DNA of 64,000 bases, taken from a virus (taxonomy: Duplodnaviria > Caudoviricetes). The position numbers were made by a program, and so were the translations under genes. Position 1 is the first letter of the stretch; each line of letters begins with the position of its first letter. This document shows positions 1 through 9,844 of the stretch, in pieces. The notes below the pieces were generated by a model. That model was given only the letters and a program-made list of their open reading frames with translations, was not told the DNA's origin and ran no database searches. The stretch is taken from positions 1 to 64,000 of the IMG/VR virus record IMGVR_UViG_3300031994_002623; one strand, written 5' to 3'.

Positions 1-1364
1 TACAGGAGATACAGGCATATGAAATTAATATTAAAACGCTTACAGACGAGAATAAGAGGTACAAGGCTGAGAATAAGAAGATTGATGAGGAGGTCAAGAA
101 CCTTGAGAACACTAAAAACACTCTATTATCTTCTAAGAGGGTTGTTAATAACGACTTAATGAAAGTTGATATTACCACTCTACTCGTTAAGATAGACAAG
201 AATATATCTGAGGGTAAGACTAAGGCTAGTGAACTTGAAGATGTTACCAAGAAACTTGATGAAATAGGAGAGGTAGATTTTTCAGTCGAGAAATATGACG
301 AGCTTGTTGAGAAACTTGGCAAAGCAAACAACGAAATGGCTGTTATTGAGGAAAGATACAGGTCTTCAAAGCAGAACCTTAAACAGCTTGAGTCAAGCAG
401 GATTTGTCCTGTATGTGGAAGGGAAATGCAGAACTTTGACCAGGCAAAGCTTTGTTTGATGTCACATGAAGTTGAAGATATTGAGAAAGAGGGTAAGGGG
501 AAAAGAAAAGAAGTTGAATCTATTAAGAATGAGATTGATAAGATGAAGGAAAACAGAGAGAAATTCAACTTAAAATCTCAGCTTATCATGAAGAAGGCTG
601 CACTTGAACTTAACGTTGAAAAACTTAGAGGTGAATATAGAGAGAATATTGCAATCAAGAAGGAATATGAGGCAAATAAGGAAGCCATAGATACTAATAA
701 CAAGATTGACATAGAACTTAGAAATTCTGATTTTGCCATAGCAGGAAAGAGGTCAACTAGGGATACTAATCTATCATGTATTTCCAGGAACGATAACGAA
801 ATCAAGACTGAGAAGAAGCAAATTCAAGACAGAAAGGATGTTATCGCTAAAATTAAAGAGGAAGAAATACTTATTAAGAACTGGAAAATTTATCTTGAAT
901 TAGTAGGTAAGAACGGTATATCAAAGATGGTTCTTAGAAAAACATTACCAATTATAAATGCAAGACTTTCACAGCTGTTGAATGATGTATGTGATTTCGA
1001 TGTTGAGGTTGGTATAGATGCTAAGAATGATGTTATGTTCTACCTTATTAAGGATGGTGTTTATTCGGATTTGTATGGAGCTAGTGGTTTCGAACTTACA
1101 GCTTCAGCACTGGCACTTAGGTCAGTACTTGCTGAAATGTCAACGATACCCCGCTGTTCCATAGTCACTCTAGATGAGGTATGGGGTCGTGTAGCCAAGA
1201 ATAATTATGATAATATGAGAAACCTTATTGAGAAGATTGCACGAAACTATGACAGTGTTATTCTCATAAGTCATCTTGATGAAATCAAAGACTGGTGTCA
1301 GACCCATATAGTTATAAGGAAGGAAAATAATGTTTCAACTCTTTGTTTGAAGCAGAATGTTTAA
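1..1364 (+). CDS. SbcC/Rad50/gp46-like recombination ATPase, C-terminal part (5' truncated by window)
   Basis: Frame open from base 3; coiled coil, zinc hook CPVC, ABC signature ASGFE, Walker B VTLDE, ISH motif. Confidence 0.9.
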   Translation, partial: QEIQAYEINIKTLTDENKRYKAENKKIDEEVKNLENTKNTLLSSKRVVNNDLMKVDITTLLVKIDKNISEGKTKASELEDVTKKLDEIGEVDFSVEKYDELVEKLGKANNEMAVIEERYRSSKQNLKQLESSRICPVCGREMQNFDQAKLCLMSHEVEDIEKEGKGKRKEVESIKNEIDKMKENREKFNLKSQLIMKKAALELNVEKLRGEYRENIAIKKEYEANKEAIDTNNKIDIELRNSDFAIAGKRSTRDTNLSCISRNDNEIKTEKKQIQDRKDVIAKIKEEEILIKNWKIYLELVGKNGISKMVLRKTLPIINARLSQLLNDVCDFDVEVGIDAKNDVMFYLIKDGVYSDLYGASGFELTASALALRSVLAEMSTIPRCSIVTLDEVWGRVAKNNYDNMRNLIEKIARNYDSVILISHLDEIKDWCQTHIVIRKENNVSTLCLKQNV

Positions 1365-1373
1365 CTTTTAAAT

Positions 1374-2093
1374 ATGAATCAATATGCAAATGATTTTACG
1401 GATACGGTCAGAATCTATTATAATGACCTAAAAGCCACAAAACCTATGTCTAGAGCCAAAGAGAAACGTCTTTTAAGACAATGTAGACAAGGTAATATTA
1501 AAGCTAGGAACGAGATTCTTGAGAGTAATCTTAAGTTCGTGTTCGATATGGCTAAAAGATACACTGGGCGTGGAGTTTCCATATCAGACCTCATATCAGA
1601 GGGAAACATGGGATTGATACACGCTATAACCAAGTTTGATGAGAATAAGGATGTTAAATTTATATCATATGCCGTATGGTGGATAAGGCACTCCATGATT
1701 GATGCCATCAAGAAGAAAAATCTTATGTCATCCGTTGAGGTTGAAGCAAATGACATATATGGTGACACGTATGAAAACAGAAGCTCAGATTCAGAGGATG
1801 AATATGTCTCCAGGAGTGAAACATTATTTTCTGACATTATTGAAGAAAAGACACGTGAAAAACATGAAAGGCAAAACAAAATAATTGATGCAATAATGTC
1901 TGAATTTACTGAAAGGGAAAAGTTTATTGTTAATCATTATTTTGGAATTAATGGTAGTGAAAAACTTAATTTAGTAGAGATAGGTGATAAAATTGGTATT
2001 AGTAGTGAAAGAGCTAGACAAATAAATAACCAATGTATTAGAAAAATGCGTAGTAAAATATTACTTTTTGATGATTTGGAATATTTATCATAA
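1374..2093 (+). CDS. Phage sigma70-family RNA polymerase sigma factor (compact; regions 1.2, 2, 4)
   Basis: SNLKFV..AKRY, DLISEGNMGL, KFISYAVWWIR, region 4 HTH L.EIG..IGISSERARQI. Confidence 0.92.
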   Translation: MNQYANDFTDTVRIYYNDLKATKPMSRAKEKRLLRQCRQGNIKARNEILESNLKFVFDMAKRYTGRGVSISDLISEGNMGLIHAITKFDENKDVKFISYAVWWIRHSMIDAIKKKNLMSSVEVEANDIYGDTYENRSSDSEDEYVSRSETLFSDIIEEKTREKHERQNKIIDAIMSEFTEREKFIVNHYFGINGSEKLNLVEIGDKIGISSERARQINNQCIRKMRSKILLFDDLEYLS

Positions 2094-2111
2094 ATCAGAA
2101 ATGTAAATATT

Positions 2112-3029
2112 ATGGGAAGTTTAAAATTAACAACTAAAAATTTTGTGGAGAGGGCTAGACAAATTCACAATAATAAATATGATTATTCTAAAACGGAATA
2201 TGGGAAAAACAACAAAGAGAAAGTATGTATTATTTGTCCTATACATGGAGAATTTTGGCAAAGTCCTAATAGGCACATGAGGGGTGATGGTTGCCCTTTA
2301 TGTGGCGGTAGTAAAAAATTAACACAAAACGAGTTTATCGATAGAATAAGTAAAATATATGAAGGAAAATATGATTTCTCTGAATCCTTATATGTTAATA
2401 CAGACACTAAAGTTAAATGTTTTTGTTACAAGCATGGGGAATTTTGGCAGACTCCACACCACTTATTAAAAGGAATTGCTTGCGAAAAGTGTGGAAGAGA
2501 ACGTATGTCTAAGAAAAAAATAGAAAAATCTTCTAAAAATTTCGAGAGAGATGCTAGAAAAATACATGGTGATAAGTATGATTACTCCAAAGTAGAATAT
2601 TCTCATAATCAACATGAAGTTTGTATAATATGCCCAGAACACGGTGAATTTTGGCAAATGCCAGTTAGACATTTATCTGGAAATGGCTGCCCAAAATGTA
2701 ATAGTAGTAGACTTGAAACTAATGTAAGAAACTTTCTTAAGGAAAATGATATAAACTTTGAAGAACAAAAAAAATTCGATTGGCTTGGTAAACAGAGTAT
2801 TGATTTTTATCTACCAGAATATAAAATTGGTATAGAGTGCCAAGGAATACAGCATTTTAAACCGATTGAATTTTTTGGGGGTATTTCTGGATTTATAAAA
2901 ACTATTTCAAGAGATAAAAATAAAAATAAATTATGTAAAGAAAATGGTATAAAGGTGTTATATTATTCTGTAGAAGATTTTCCTGGGATGATAACAGATA
3001 TTAATGAATTAAAAAAAGCGATTATATAA
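2112..3029 (+). mobile_element. Free-standing homing-endonuclease-like gene: three Zn-binding repeats plus Vsr/DUF559-like PD-(D/E)XK nuclease
   Basis: 3x KYD.S..Y...KV...C..HGEFWQ.P..H..G..C..C; C-terminal IDFYLPEYKIGIECQGIQHF; AT-rich; relic sigma C-terminus follows. Confidence 0.8.
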
Positions 3030-3085
3030 GGAAACTACGTTCCAATGCAATGATGCTAAATGATACCGAAGAATTATTTATTTGA
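3026..3085 (+). pseudogene. Displaced original 3' end of the upstream sigma factor gene
   Basis: Translates IRKLRSNAMMLNDTEELFI*, aligning with sigma end IRKMRSKILLFDDLEYLS*. Confidence 0.75.
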
Positions 3086-3088
3086 TAA

Positions 3089-3095
3089 TATTTAT
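3089..3095 (+). promoter_or_regulatory. Putative phage late promoter TATTTAT
   Basis: Recurrent motif; 20 nt before ATG 3115. Confidence 0.6.
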
Positions 3096-3114
3096 ATTTA
3101 ATAAAACGTATTTT

Positions 3115-3441
3115 ATGGCAAAGAAAGAAACAATTATCAAAAAGACAGAACCTAAAAAGAAGGCTACTGTTAAGAAGGATGAATCAATTATAAGCGTACA
3201 GAGTGAACCAGATACAGTAACACCTACTGTTGAGGAGTTCGAGGAAGCTCTTGAAGCACTTGATAACATGAATGGAGACCCAGCAGTTCTTACCCCTGTT
3301 GAAGACACGGATGCACCTGCTGAGGAAGCTGTACAGGAAGAAGAAGAACCTGCACCAGCACAGGTGGAAAATAAACCTAAGAAGGGAATAATCAATCGTA
3401 TGTTTGGTTATCTTTGGAATGGACAAGAAATGGATTACTAA
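3115..3441 (+). CDS. Hypothetical protein (basic N-terminus, acidic low-complexity middle)
   Basis: ORF track; ATG 3115 preferred as start. Confidence 0.75.
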   Translation: MAKKETIIKKTEPKKKATVKKDESIISVQSEPDTVTPTVEEFEEALEALDNMNGDPAVLTPVEDTDAPAEEAVQEEEEPAPAQVENKPKKGIINRMFGYLWNGQEMDY

Positions 3442-3444
3442 GAT

Positions 3445-4020
3445 ATGAATGAAATGAGTGTCACCAAGAAAATGCTTGCTAAGCTTAGAGAGAATAAGGA
3501 CAAGCAGGCAAGAGAAGCAGCAGAACAGTTTGTAATGGAAGATGTTGAAAAGGACAACTTCCTAACTATGTCAAAAGCCCTCATGGAGGAAGCTGTACAA
3601 GAAAGTAAAAAAAAAATCTTAACAGAGGAAGATAGTTCTGATACATCACATGAAAAATACTTCGAGATAAGGAAAGATACTCCACAGTTCGGTGATGTAA
3701 GGGTAGCACAGGAAGAGACCCTTAAGAAGACGATAGGTGAGAATATCAAGCTTGAAAGTGATGCATTGAAATACTACCCAGATTCTGATGACATAACCCT
3801 GGAAGGGAAGATTAATACTTTAAACATGTCATTCCAGTTCAGATACAACGACCCATCTGGTGATGGGTGTTATATATGGACTGAGGCAATGCAGTTGACG
3901 GATACCAACACCAAGACACTTGGAAAGATTAGAAATGCCTTCTGTAACTGGAAGGATTCAATCACCCAGGATGGTGACTTGATGGAAAAACTTAACAGGG
4001 CTGCAAACAGAGAAAATTAA
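3445..4020 (+). CDS. Hypothetical, probable virion/internal protein
   Basis: ORF track; VQES and ILTEE motifs; followed by terminator. Confidence 0.7.
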   Translation: MNEMSVTKKMLAKLRENKDKQAREAAEQFVMEDVEKDNFLTMSKALMEEAVQESKKKILTEEDSSDTSHEKYFEIRKDTPQFGDVRVAQEETLKKTIGENIKLESDALKYYPDSDDITLEGKINTLNMSFQFRYNDPSGDGCYIWTEAMQLTDTNTKTLGKIRNAFCNWKDSITQDGDLMEKLNRAANREN

Positions 4021-4047
4021 GGATGCTAGAGATAGCGTCCTTTTTTT
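4019..4047 (+). terminator. Intrinsic terminator
   Basis: aaggatgcta-gaga-tagcgtcctt followed by T run. Confidence 0.8.
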
Positions 4048-4058
4048 GTGTTTAGTGA

Positions 4059-4065
4059 TATTTAT
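4059..4065 (+). promoter_or_regulatory. Putative phage late promoter TATTTAT
   Basis: gaTATTTATataga upstream of ATG 4083. Confidence 0.65.
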
Positions 4066-4082
4066 ATAGAAAATAATGCACT

Positions 4083-4298
4083 ATGAGGATGATTTCAGAG
4101 AATATATTGGACCAAATAATTTCAGAGGAAATAAGTAAAAGTGACGTTAACTCTATCGTTGCTAATAAGATTTCGTCTTCATATGATTCTAAGGAGTTTG
4201 AGAGGAAGGTCAAGGAGATAGTTGCGGATGCAATAGAAGACCTTTACAAGACTCTGTTCAACAGAAGTAGTTCCTGGAAGGGAGGAGTTGTTAGGTAA
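4083..4298 (+). CDS. Small hypothetical protein with IxE-rich leader
   Basis: MRMISENILDQIISEEI; stop overlaps next start. Confidence 0.75.
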   Translation: MRMISENILDQIISEEISKSDVNSIVANKISSSYDSKEFERKVKEIVADAIEDLYKTLFNRSSSWKGGVVR

Positions 4299-6016
4299 TG
4301 AAGAAAGTATATGTTAACGAGTCTGTACTCAGTAGTCTCATAATGGAGGCTATGGCTATAGATGATATATATCAGAAATATTATAATGACATACCGTATG
4401 ATTCCTACAAACGCATTGTAATGTTTGAAGACCCGACGTATGATATGGCTTCTGGTAAGATGGGTAGGTATGCAAAGTGGCTTCTAGGAATGTATAGGAG
4501 AGGTACGTTCAAAGAAGGTGACTTCAATGAAGCTAGGGAGCTTCTAACTGTTTTTGAGAAATATAAGAACAGAGTAGAGGTTAGGGATGTGACAAGACTT
4601 CATTCAATGGGAGAACTTTACCAAGTTGTTAAACCATTCATGGAGGGAGACCAAGCCACATCTAAGTCAGACGCTACCAGGAGGGCTAAGGAAGGCGCAG
4701 AGAAGGTTTATGAGGATGAACATTGGATAGTTATTATACCTCACACTATGGAGGCTGCGCAGATATATGGGGAGAATACCAGGTGGTGTACAGCAGCCGC
4801 TGACCCAGATGATAACCTGTTTGATTACTACAATAGTAAGGGAAACCTTTATATAAACATACAGAAGGGTAAACCATATAAGTACCAGTTTCACTTCGAA
4901 ACAGAATCGTTCATGGATGAGATGGATGATGAAATTGACAGACCGATATTTGAGACTATGGGTGCTACCCAGGGACTTATAAATTTCTACAAGGAAAGAG
5001 TAGGGATTATAGATTTTATTGACATTGTTGGTAATTTTAAGGTTGATTCCACATGTAGGAACAGATGGAAAGAGTATAGTAACTATATTAACAATGGTGG
5101 AAACCCTAATGAAGTGTATTTACCAAAGGCATACCTTGTATGGAGCCAAGATGAACAGCATTGTATGTTTGTCAATGAAGATGGAGACCAGATTTCAGCA
5201 TGGTTTGATGATGCTCATCCATTCACTATATATAGACCAGCACAAGACCCTTGGAGGGTAGGACCTTCAACACAGGTTCGTGTCTATGCTGACCAAGAGG
5301 ATTCAATTTACACAAATGACTTGGAACTTATTGGAAATGCTGTTTTCGATGGAAATAGTGTTAATGTAATCGAATGGAGAGATTATAATGGAAATGAGAG
5401 ATATCCAGACTGGTGTGAAGGTGATGATGTATATGGAAGTTGGTATGTCCCTTCAGATGAAGAGTATGACGAGTCATATGGAATGAATGAATCAGTAACT
5501 AAGATGTCTTTCTTCATGTTCTTCAATGAGATTAAGAAATTCATAGCTGGTTTACTTTCAGACCCTATAGGAACTAAGCCTAGTGAAGTACTCATATCGT
5601 ATGGGTTGCATAATGGAAAACTTAGAAAGATGCTTCGTGATGCAAATGTCATACAAATGAAGGAGAATATTGATGAGCCATATAGTGAGGAAACAGGAGA
5701 AATGGAGTCTAGGTATTTTCTTTCGTATAAAGTACCTAAGAAGGATTTCAAGAAAAAGCTTAGGAGACTATACCAGAAATTGTTTGAGAGGGATATTACA
5801 GAGAGTTATCATACTCCTAATGGGTTGATGCTTCATAATAACGAGCTTGGTAATGACCCTAATATGAGGGGTCAGATTGACATGATGTTAAATTCTCCGC
5901 TTACTATGGGTATTGCGTGTGACGAGAGAGCACCAGAATACGTAAAGGATGCGGTTAAAATATATAATGATAAAATAATTTCTAAAAAATTACATAACAA
6001 TGAAAAAGAGAGTTAG
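4298..6016 (+). CDS. Multidomain hypothetical protein, probable processed internal virion protein
   Basis: Jumbo-phage-type KVYED..W....P.T.EAA..YG.NT.WCTA segment; VNES, MNES and ITES sites between segments. Confidence 0.7.
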   Translation: MKKVYVNESVLSSLIMEAMAIDDIYQKYYNDIPYDSYKRIVMFEDPTYDMASGKMGRYAKWLLGMYRRGTFKEGDFNEARELLTVFEKYKNRVEVRDVTRLHSMGELYQVVKPFMEGDQATSKSDATRRAKEGAEKVYEDEHWIVIIPHTMEAAQIYGENTRWCTAAADPDDNLFDYYNSKGNLYINIQKGKPYKYQFHFETESFMDEMDDEIDRPIFETMGATQGLINFYKERVGIIDFIDIVGNFKVDSTCRNRWKEYSNYINNGGNPNEVYLPKAYLVWSQDEQHCMFVNEDGDQISAWFDDAHPFTIYRPAQDPWRVGPSTQVRVYADQEDSIYTNDLELIGNAVFDGNSVNVIEWRDYNGNERYPDWCEGDDVYGSWYVPSDEEYDESYGMNESVTKMSFFMFFNEIKKFIAGLLSDPIGTKPSEVLISYGLHNGKLRKMLRDANVIQMKENIDEPYSEETGEMESRYFLSYKVPKKDFKKKLRRLYQKLFERDITESYHTPNGLMLHNNELGNDPNMRGQIDMMLNSPLTMGIACDERAPEYVKDAVKIYNDKIISKKLHNNEKES

Positions 6017-6182
6017 AACACTTGAATTTTACGGATACGACAATGACAGCACAATGTTGAGATATGATAAGTATTTCCCAGTATCCAAAGTAAAGGAAGT
6101 AAAGAATATGAAGTATATTATACCAGATGAGGAAGACGAAGAGTCAGAAGATGAATCTGGTAGTACAGAAGACAATGGATAA
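6000..6182 (+). CDS. Hypothetical protein with acidic tail
   Basis: ORF track; operonic packing. Confidence 0.55.
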   Translation: MKKRVRTLEFYGYDNDSTMLRYDKYFPVSKVKEVKNMKYIIPDEEDEESEDESGSTEDNG

Positions 6183-6197
6183 TTGGTTTTAATGAGA

Positions 6198-6204
6198 TAT
6201 TTAT
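6198..6204 (+). promoter_or_regulatory. Putative phage late promoter TATTTAT
   Basis: gaTATTTATata before ATG 6212. Confidence 0.6.
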
Positions 6205-6211
6205 ATATACA

Positions 6212-6901
6212 ATGAATAGGATTAAATTAACAGAACAAGACCTACATATTCTTGTAGAAGATGCCGTAAGAACATATCTTATGAATGAAGGTATTGATGA
6301 GACCATGATGGGTGGTCTTAAAAATGCATGGCATGGTGCTTTTGGTAAAAATGACCAAGGACAGAGAAACTGGAATTTCAACTTTGGTCAGAATTACCGC
6401 AATGGAAATTTTGTATCATCTTTTGAGAAGTATGCACAGCAGGCAACTCAAGCATTAGAAGGTATGAAAACAATGGCAACTTCATCTAAGAATACTAGTA
6501 TTAATAAATATCTTGACCAAATTGTATCTAATATACAGAATGTTTCTCAGCAGTTCTCACAGCAAGCTACAAACATTGCTAATGGGCAGCAACTCAAGAT
6601 GAAGAGAGTTACTAATCCTTGGAAACAGCAGCAAATGCAACAGGATAATCAATATGCTGATATGCTTAATAATCAGAAGGCTGATTACGAAAATCAGTTA
6701 CAGGGTTGGCAAAATAAATATGGTAAATTGAACACTAGATTTAAGAATTATAGGGCTAAGAATCCTGTTAATCAGAATGCTAATCCGAATTTTAAAGTAA
6801 ATTCTAGTGAAGCTGTGAAGCAAGGAACACAAGATGCAGAACAAAAAGCTGCTAATGCAAGAAAAAATCTTAACGCAACAAGAAGAAGAATAAGCAAATG
6901 A
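6212..6901 (+). CDS. Q/N-rich protein with LTE.DLH leader
   Basis: MNRIKLTEQDLHILVEDAV...LMNE. Confidence 0.8.
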   Translation: MNRIKLTEQDLHILVEDAVRTYLMNEGIDETMMGGLKNAWHGAFGKNDQGQRNWNFNFGQNYRNGNFVSSFEKYAQQATQALEGMKTMATSSKNTSINKYLDQIVSNIQNVSQQFSQQATNIANGQQLKMKRVTNPWKQQQMQQDNQYADMLNNQKADYENQLQGWQNKYGKLNTRFKNYRAKNPVNQNANPNFKVNSSEAVKQGTQDAEQKAANARKNLNATRRRISK

Positions 6902-7248
6902 GACAGATAATTAGACTTACGGAGAGTGACCTTCATAGGATTGTGAAGGAAGCTGTTGACAAGATACTTTCAGAGGATGGTATGGCTGCTGGTGGCGGCG
7001 GTGCAACCAATGCTGCTGGTGTAATGCAGGGTGGTGGTACTAATCCTGGAGCAGGACAGTACGACGTACCAGTTTTCGGTGGTAAGAAACCTAAGAAGGT
7101 TGGCGGTAATGCATTTGACCAGCCAATAAGAAAACCTTCTCCAGTTGGAGAACCTACTAACAAGAAGGACAATGGTGTTGATGTAAGCCCAGCTCTTGAC
7201 AGGACACCAGGATTCTCTATGGGAGAACGTGTTGGAAGTAAAAAATAA
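6898..7248 (+). CDS. Gly/Pro-rich protein with LTESDLH leader
   Basis: MRQIIRLTESDLHRIVKEAVDKILSE. Confidence 0.8.
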   Translation: MRQIIRLTESDLHRIVKEAVDKILSEDGMAAGGGGATNAAGVMQGGGTNPGAGQYDVPVFGGKKPKKVGGNAFDQPIRKPSPVGEPTNKKDNGVDVSPALDRTPGFSMGERVGSKK

Positions 7249-7254
7249 GTAATT

Positions 7255-7404
7255 ATGATAGATTACGAAGCAAATGCAGATACCATCAAGAGGATTCGAG
7301 AAATAGATGATAAAATTCACGAGGAGAAGGATGGTAAAGCAAGAACAAGGCTCATGTTTGAGCAGATGTTAAGGGGATTATACATAAATCAATTTAATCA
7401 ATAA
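7255..7404 (+). CDS. Small hypothetical protein (49 aa, not in ORF track)
   Basis: MIDYEANADTIKRIREID...; fills the gap between neighbouring genes. Confidence 0.65.
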   Translation: MIDYEANADTIKRIREIDDKIHEEKDGKARTRLMFEQMLRGLYINQFNQ

Positions 7405-7408
7405 AGAA

Positions 7409-8224
7409 ATGGTAACTAAAATTAATGTGGGTGAATTGAGAAGAGTCATCAAGGAAAGCACCAATGAGTTCAAGCCAGTTGTGTTCGGTGATAAGGAGAC
7501 CAAGAAAATCAATGATGAAGCCTATTCTGACATTAAGAAAGAAACCGAGAAATATGACGGTGGTGTCGGAAAGAAGAACCAGAGTCTAGGTGGTGGTATC
7601 TCCGCAACCGATAACAAGGGAATGCATGACCTTACTTATGACAATATCAACAAACCATTCCAGGAGAGAACGAAGTCCCAGATGAAGGGCTACGTTTCAA
7701 AGGATGCCGAGACAAAGCACAAGGATGATGAGTTCGGCAATGCTACGTTCGATAAGAACGGTAAGATTTATGATGCTGCTAAAGACCATGCGGAGGCAGC
7801 AAAGCAGGGTAAGGATACGGCAGCAGAGATTGGTCTTACTGGTAGCAAGTTAAATAAGAAAGACATAGAAGATAACGACAGCACTATGTACGAAAACAAG
7901 AAAATCAAGAGACTTACATTCAAGACCCAGTTTATTTCTGAGGGACACATGATGTCTAAGATTCCAGATGAAATGAAAGTTGAGGGTAAGAGATTCATTA
8001 TGAAGGACACGGCAGATAATGAATACCTAGTTGAGTGGAATAACAAAGAGCCTAAGGTAACTAAAAAGGTTAACATGACCCTAGTAAACGAACAGAAGGA
8101 GAGAATCAAGCAGCTATGGGGATATAAGAGCGCAGAGGCAAGCAGAACAACATCTTCATTCAGAATCCAGGAGGGTAAGGAGTTTAACGATATGGTCAAT
8201 AAGGCTAGGAAGTTAATGAACTAA
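7409..8224 (+). CDS. Hypothetical, probable virion internal/core protein
   Basis: Repeated IKES, ISE, VNE, IQE motifs. Confidence 0.7.
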   Translation: MVTKINVGELRRVIKESTNEFKPVVFGDKETKKINDEAYSDIKKETEKYDGGVGKKNQSLGGGISATDNKGMHDLTYDNINKPFQERTKSQMKGYVSKDAETKHKDDEFGNATFDKNGKIYDAAKDHAEAAKQGKDTAAEIGLTGSKLNKKDIEDNDSTMYENKKIKRLTFKTQFISEGHMMSKIPDEMKVEGKRFIMKDTADNEYLVEWNNKEPKVTKKVNMTLVNEQKERIKQLWGYKSAEASRTTSSFRIQEGKEFNDMVNKARKLMN

Positions 8225-8251
8225 TAATGATTTAATTTTATGTGAAGAAAG

Positions 8252-9085
8252 ATGAAAAACAAGGACATAAACATTAATATCAGCCCAAATGAAGGCAAGA
8301 AAGAACCAATTTATGTGCAGAGCATAAGATGGGTTACAAACACAATAGCGAGTGCTAAATGGACTAAAATACTTAAGGTTTACTTTGTTACGTTTTTCTT
8401 CCTAGCCACAGCTTTAATAGGGTTCTATGCGTTTAATGTGGTTAAAAGCGAAAGGTTTGTTGATAGGTCAACAGAGAAGATACTAGAAGATGACCATAAG
8501 AAAAGACAAGCCATAGAGAAAGAGAAGGAGAAAATCAGAACAGATGTAACTCCAGAGATACAAGCAAGTATTGATAGAATCCTTTATTCTCTTAATGCTG
8601 ATAGGGTTTTCATTTTCGAATGTCACAATGGTGTAACAAACCCTAGTGGATTGCCATTCGAGTTTGCTAATATGAACTATGAGGTTGCAAATAGAGAGAG
8701 AGGCGTAGACAGAGTATATTACAAGTATAAGGATGTTCCACTGACAATGTACACTTTTCCGAATTACATGCGTAAGAATAAGTTCTTTATTGGTACAATA
8801 GATGAACTATCTAAACTTGATTATGAGTTTGCAAAACATATGAAGGAAGATGGTGGTAAATATGCATCTTTTATTTACTTGAGTCACGGTGAAGGTCCTC
8901 TTGGATTCTTGGGAGTTTCTTTCCATAGTATGGATAGAGTGCCAAGTAAGGACGCAATAGAAAAGAAGGTTGAGGCATATGGTCTTAACATTGCGACCCT
9001 TCTAGACCTTAAGAAACAACAAGAGAGACTACTAGAAGAGGAGAAAAAATTAGAGGAGGCTAAGAGAAATGGAGAATCCGTTTAA
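8252..9085 (+). CDS. Single-TM protein with GAF-like soluble domain; T4-T-type holin candidate
   Basis: One TM (about aa 40-64); ADRVFIFECHNG and LGFLGVSF GAF-like segments; adjacent spanin-like gene. Confidence 0.45.
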   Translation: MKNKDININISPNEGKKEPIYVQSIRWVTNTIASAKWTKILKVYFVTFFFLATALIGFYAFNVVKSERFVDRSTEKILEDDHKKRQAIEKEKEKIRTDVTPEIQASIDRILYSLNADRVFIFECHNGVTNPSGLPFEFANMNYEVANRERGVDRVYYKYKDVPLTMYTFPNYMRKNKFFIGTIDELSKLDYEFAKHMKEDGGKYASFIYLSHGEGPLGFLGVSFHSMDRVPSKDAIEKKVEAYGLNIATLLDLKKQQERLLEEEKKLEEAKRNGESV

Positions 9086-9758
9086 ACAAAAATGTTTCTG
9101 GATAATAACTATATTATTTCTAATAACCTGTGGATTAGTATGGTACACTGACAAATCATATAGAAATACTAAGAGGTTAGTTGAGGAAGTCGAGTATTAT
9201 GATAGTCTTAACAGGTATAATAAGATATATTATAGTGAAACATTTAGTGCATTAAAAAAAGAGAATAAGCAACTTTATGATTCTCTTAAACAGTATAAGG
9301 ATAAAATCGATTACATTGTGCAGTTTACACACGAGAAGGAATACAATACTGGTAAAACAGAATCTAAGCCAATCATTAAAGACAGCGTAGTATATGATAC
9401 AGTACCTATGATAGTTCCACAAGTGGCTAAGACGTATGAATATACCAGTGAACCTAATGATACCTTCCAATATAAACTTAATGTCAATTCGTTTACAGAA
9501 CCTCTTTGGTATTCTATGCAAGCAAAGGTGAAAAATAAATTCACCATTGTAAATAAGGAACAGGATGGTATTAACCACACAACCATAGAGCCTAATAACG
9601 GAGGTACTATATCTGATGTTACTCTTTTTAACAGGAAGGAAAAGAGAAAGTTCCTAAACAGGTTCTCGTTCGGCCCTTCTGTGACAGGCGGGTATGATGT
9701 AGTAAACAAACAGTGGGGCATTATGGTTGGTGCATCAGTAACTTTTGATTTAAAATAA
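9069..9758 (+). CDS. Membrane-anchored coiled-coil protein with C-terminal beta strands; spanin candidate
   Basis: N-terminal TM, coiled coil, terminal FSFGPSVTGGY...WGIMVGASVTFDLK. Confidence 0.45.
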   Translation: MENPFKQKCFWIITILFLITCGLVWYTDKSYRNTKRLVEEVEYYDSLNRYNKIYYSETFSALKKENKQLYDSLKQYKDKIDYIVQFTHEKEYNTGKTESKPIIKDSVVYDTVPMIVPQVAKTYEYTSEPNDTFQYKLNVNSFTEPLWYSMQAKVKNKFTIVNKEQDGINHTTIEPNNGGTISDVTLFNRKEKRKFLNRFSFGPSVTGGYDVVNKQWGIMVGASVTFDLK

Positions 9759-9764
9759 GATTTA

Positions 9765-9804
9765 AAAATACTTGGAAATAGTTTATTTTCCAGGTATTTT
9801 TTTT
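9765..9804 (+). terminator. Intrinsic terminator
   Basis: aaaatacttggaaa...tttccaggtatttt followed by T run. Confidence 0.7.
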
Positions 9805-9844
9805 ATATTTTATAGAAAATAACATATTTAAATTAATAAAAGTT

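Noticed and set aside
2094-3085. Group I intron or intein splitting the sigma gene
   Set aside because: The sigma ORF is complete with its own stop; the endonuclease has its own start and there is no room for an intron core.
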